Source: an uncultured bacterium (lineage in GTDB: Bacteria; Krumholzibacteriota; Krumholzibacteriia; Krumholzibacteriales; WJIX01). Taken from it: DNA of 59,392 bases. Shown here in pieces: positions 57,562-59,392 of this stretch (the stretch's first letter is position 1; each line of letters starts with the position of its first letter). A model generated the notes under the pieces. The model was not told the origin of the DNA. It did not search any database and worked only from the letters and a program-made list of their open reading frames with translations. Made by a program: the position numbers and the translations under genes. Location: positions 1 through 59,392 of the forward strand of contig CAZKNG010000005.1 in assembly GCA_964554125.1 (NCBI GenBank), read 5' to 3'.

Positions 57562-59392
57562 TTAACCGACCTTTCTTTTGAATACTAAAAACCCGGCTAT
57601 AGACAAAAACAGTGATAATATAAAGCTTATAATCGAGATTGTTAACGAAGCTTTTATTACTCTGGGTTTATAATCAAATTCGATCTTATGATCACCCTCT
57701 TTTAACTGTAACGCCCGCAGACAGTAATCAGCCCTTAGAATCTCTTTTTCTTCACCGTCAACTTCAACTCTCCAGTCAGGATAATATACCTCGCTTAAAA
57801 CCATTATACATGAATTTTCAACGTGGGCATCTATTTTTATCGAATTCAATCCGTAACTTTTTATCTCAGCATGGCTTCCCTGTGCTGATCCATTCTCGAG
57901 TGGTATATCTTTTTCCAGAAGCACCTGCTTAGCCGGATTAAATCCACTTGACGCTATAAAATCAAGCATCTTTTCCGACTCTAAGACTTTTATCCTGTCA
58001 ACGAAGAATATTCGGGGAAGAGCCCCCGTGTTCTCGTAGATACATTTTGAGCCTTGCTTCCACACAAGCGGGAAAGTTGAGTTTTCATTAAAGAGAGGAT
58101 TATAAGAAAATATATACTTTACATTAAGCATATTGAGAATCTGCAGAGGAACCGTCCTGCTGTTGAATAATTCAAACATTTTATCCATAACATCCTGATA
58201 TATCTGGAGTTTTGCCGCATGATATCCGCCGGTAGAAAATAATCCCGATATCATATACTTATTCTCGCTGAAAGGAAAAACGCTGTGAGACCATCTGCCT
58301 AACCCGGCAGCCGGAGCCGGAAATATTCTGTAGAATGACTCGTCTTTCTTTAAAAATCTTATCGCTTCGTCGGGTTCTTTATATTTTTCTCTTTCTTCAC
58401 CTGATTCCACAATCCTCATATCTTCATACCCCCATGTTTTTTCAGGATGAATTATAGAATCGCTCAGAAGAAAAAGATCTAAGAAGAGGACAGCTGCAAG
58501 GGCTGATATTAAATATCCTTTTCTAATTTTCTTTATAGAAGCAAACAGCAGAATAGCGGCAACTGCTGTAAGAAAGAAAACTCTTGTTATCAGGTCCTTA
58601 GTGAATCCTTCAGCAGCTTTGTCGGGAAAACGAACTTTATCCGCAACTGAACTGTTTAATATTCTCTCCTGTATCGGGCTGCTGGCTACAAGAACAATAG
58701 AAAGAACTGCAGCACAGGTGATAATAGAATATCTGAAAATCTTTCTGCTTCTTGGACTGAACAAAACACCTTCACTATACAGGTTGATGACCTTTTGAAT
58801 ACCAAGCCCCATGAGAACGACAACCATAAGCTGTTGAACGATAAGCACCATTACCGGAACCCTGAACTTGTTGAAATACGGAAAGTATTTAAACATGAAT
58901 CCAAAAAGAGGGAAGAATTTTCCGAAACTCAATAAAGTTGACAACAACGCTGTAACGGCGAGAAACCACTTCCATCTATTTTTTATAAGAAATAGCGCCG
59001 CTCCGGAAAAAAGAGCGGTTACAATTCCCAGATAATTGGGATAATCTGTAAACGGCATGTATCCCCAGTAGGTTATCTTTCCGAACCCGAAAGCCCATGG
59101 AAACACAAAGGTCAGCATTTCCTTCGGATGCAAGCTCCAGCTCGTGGCATATCCGTATTCCAGTCCTCCCCCCGAGCCTCCGCCTCTGATAGAAAACTGA
59201 GCGTAATGTTTCAGGGGCATAATGAGGACAGAAGCTATACCGGCAGCAATGACAAAGGAGAGGAATATCAGGATCGTGTTAACGGTTAAATCCTTCTTCT
59301 TACCCTTCCGGAACAAATATACAGTCTCGAAGATAAAAAGAAGCCCGACGACAAGATAGGTATAGTAAGAAATCTGAACATGACCGCGAAGC
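57562..59392 (-). CDS. YfhO-family polytopic membrane protein (GT-C-like); partial, 5' end lies beyond the window
   Basis: Frame is open from the window end (LRGHVQISYY...) through YATSWSLHP, PYFNKFRVP, GGYHAAKL, LSEVYYPDW and RADYCLRA. Confidence 0.88.
   Translation of the reverse strand, partial: LRGHVQISYYTYLVVGLLFIFETVYLFRKGKKKDLTVNTILIFLSFVIAAGIASVLIMPLKHYAQFSIRGGGSGGGLEYGYATSWSLHPKEMLTFVFPWAFGFGKITYWGYMPFTDYPNYLGIVTALFSGAALFLIKNRWKWFLAVTALLSTLLSFGKFFPLFGFMFKYFPYFNKFRVPVMVLIVQQLMVVVLMGLGIQKVINLYSEGVLFSPRSRKIFRYSIITCAAVLSIVLVASSPIQERILNSSVADKVRFPDKAAEGFTKDLITRVFFLTAVAAILLFASIKKIRKGYLISALAAVLFLDLFLLSDSIIHPEKTWGYEDMRIVESGEEREKYKEPDEAIRFLKKDESFYRIFPAPAAGLGRWSHSVFPFSENKYMISGLFSTGGYHAAKLQIYQDVMDKMFELFNSRTVPLQILNMLNVKYIFSYNPLFNENSTFPLVWKQGSKCIYENTGALPRIFFVDRIKVLESEKMLDFIASSGFNPAKQVLLEKDIPLENGSAQGSHAEIKSYGLNSIKIDAHVENSCIMVLSEVYYPDWRVEVDGEEKEILRADYCLRALQLKEGDHKIEFDYKPRVIKASLTISIISFILSLFLSIAGFLVFKRKVG

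Noticed and set aside
2094-58798. Numerous other 60-180-aa ORFs in the track overlapping housekeeping genes
   Set aside because: They are antisense or alternate-frame shadows of well-supported genes and have no independent coding signal.

Overview
Bacterial chromosomal segment of roughly 40-45% GC (estimated by eye), with about 50 genes, all on the minus strand except rpmB and one orphan. The gene content suggests an FCB-related candidate phylum such as Krumholzibacteriota or Latescibacterota: a PorZ-like propeller with a T9SS-type C-terminal domain, a DGGGP-synthase-like UbiA, Wzi, a FISUMP lipoprotein and a myxobacterial-type MglA GTPase. That placement is an inference. In window order: groEL (partial) and groES with a CIRCE operator; coaX-birA-nadC-uvrB-rodZ-valS; uppP, UbiA/DGGGPS, wzi and a TPR gene; an accessory signalling region at about 14.5-22 kb; an HD hydrolase, recG and rpmB; a near-complete dcw cluster (mraZ to ftsZ, MraZ boxes upstream, no murB or ddl) extended by a TPR protein and a radical SAM enzyme; a CDF transporter; and a surface-glycan locus that runs off the window end. 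The signalling region holds FISUMP and PPC lipoproteins, a CheY-like regulator, an MglA-type GTPase with an acidic tail, three sigma54-like promoters, a pseudo-receiver/RsbW fusion and a zinc-ribbon/RomX-like fusion. The main candidate novelty is a myxobacterial-type MglA/RomX polarity module in a non-myxobacterial genome. Also notable: murF apparently starting at ATC, an archaeal-type lipid enzyme homolog, a PorZ-like gene inside the glycan locus, and a catalytically degenerate phosphoglycosyltransferase fusion. No rRNA, tRNA, CRISPR array or mobile element was recognised. All family calls come from recognising motifs by eye, not from database searches.
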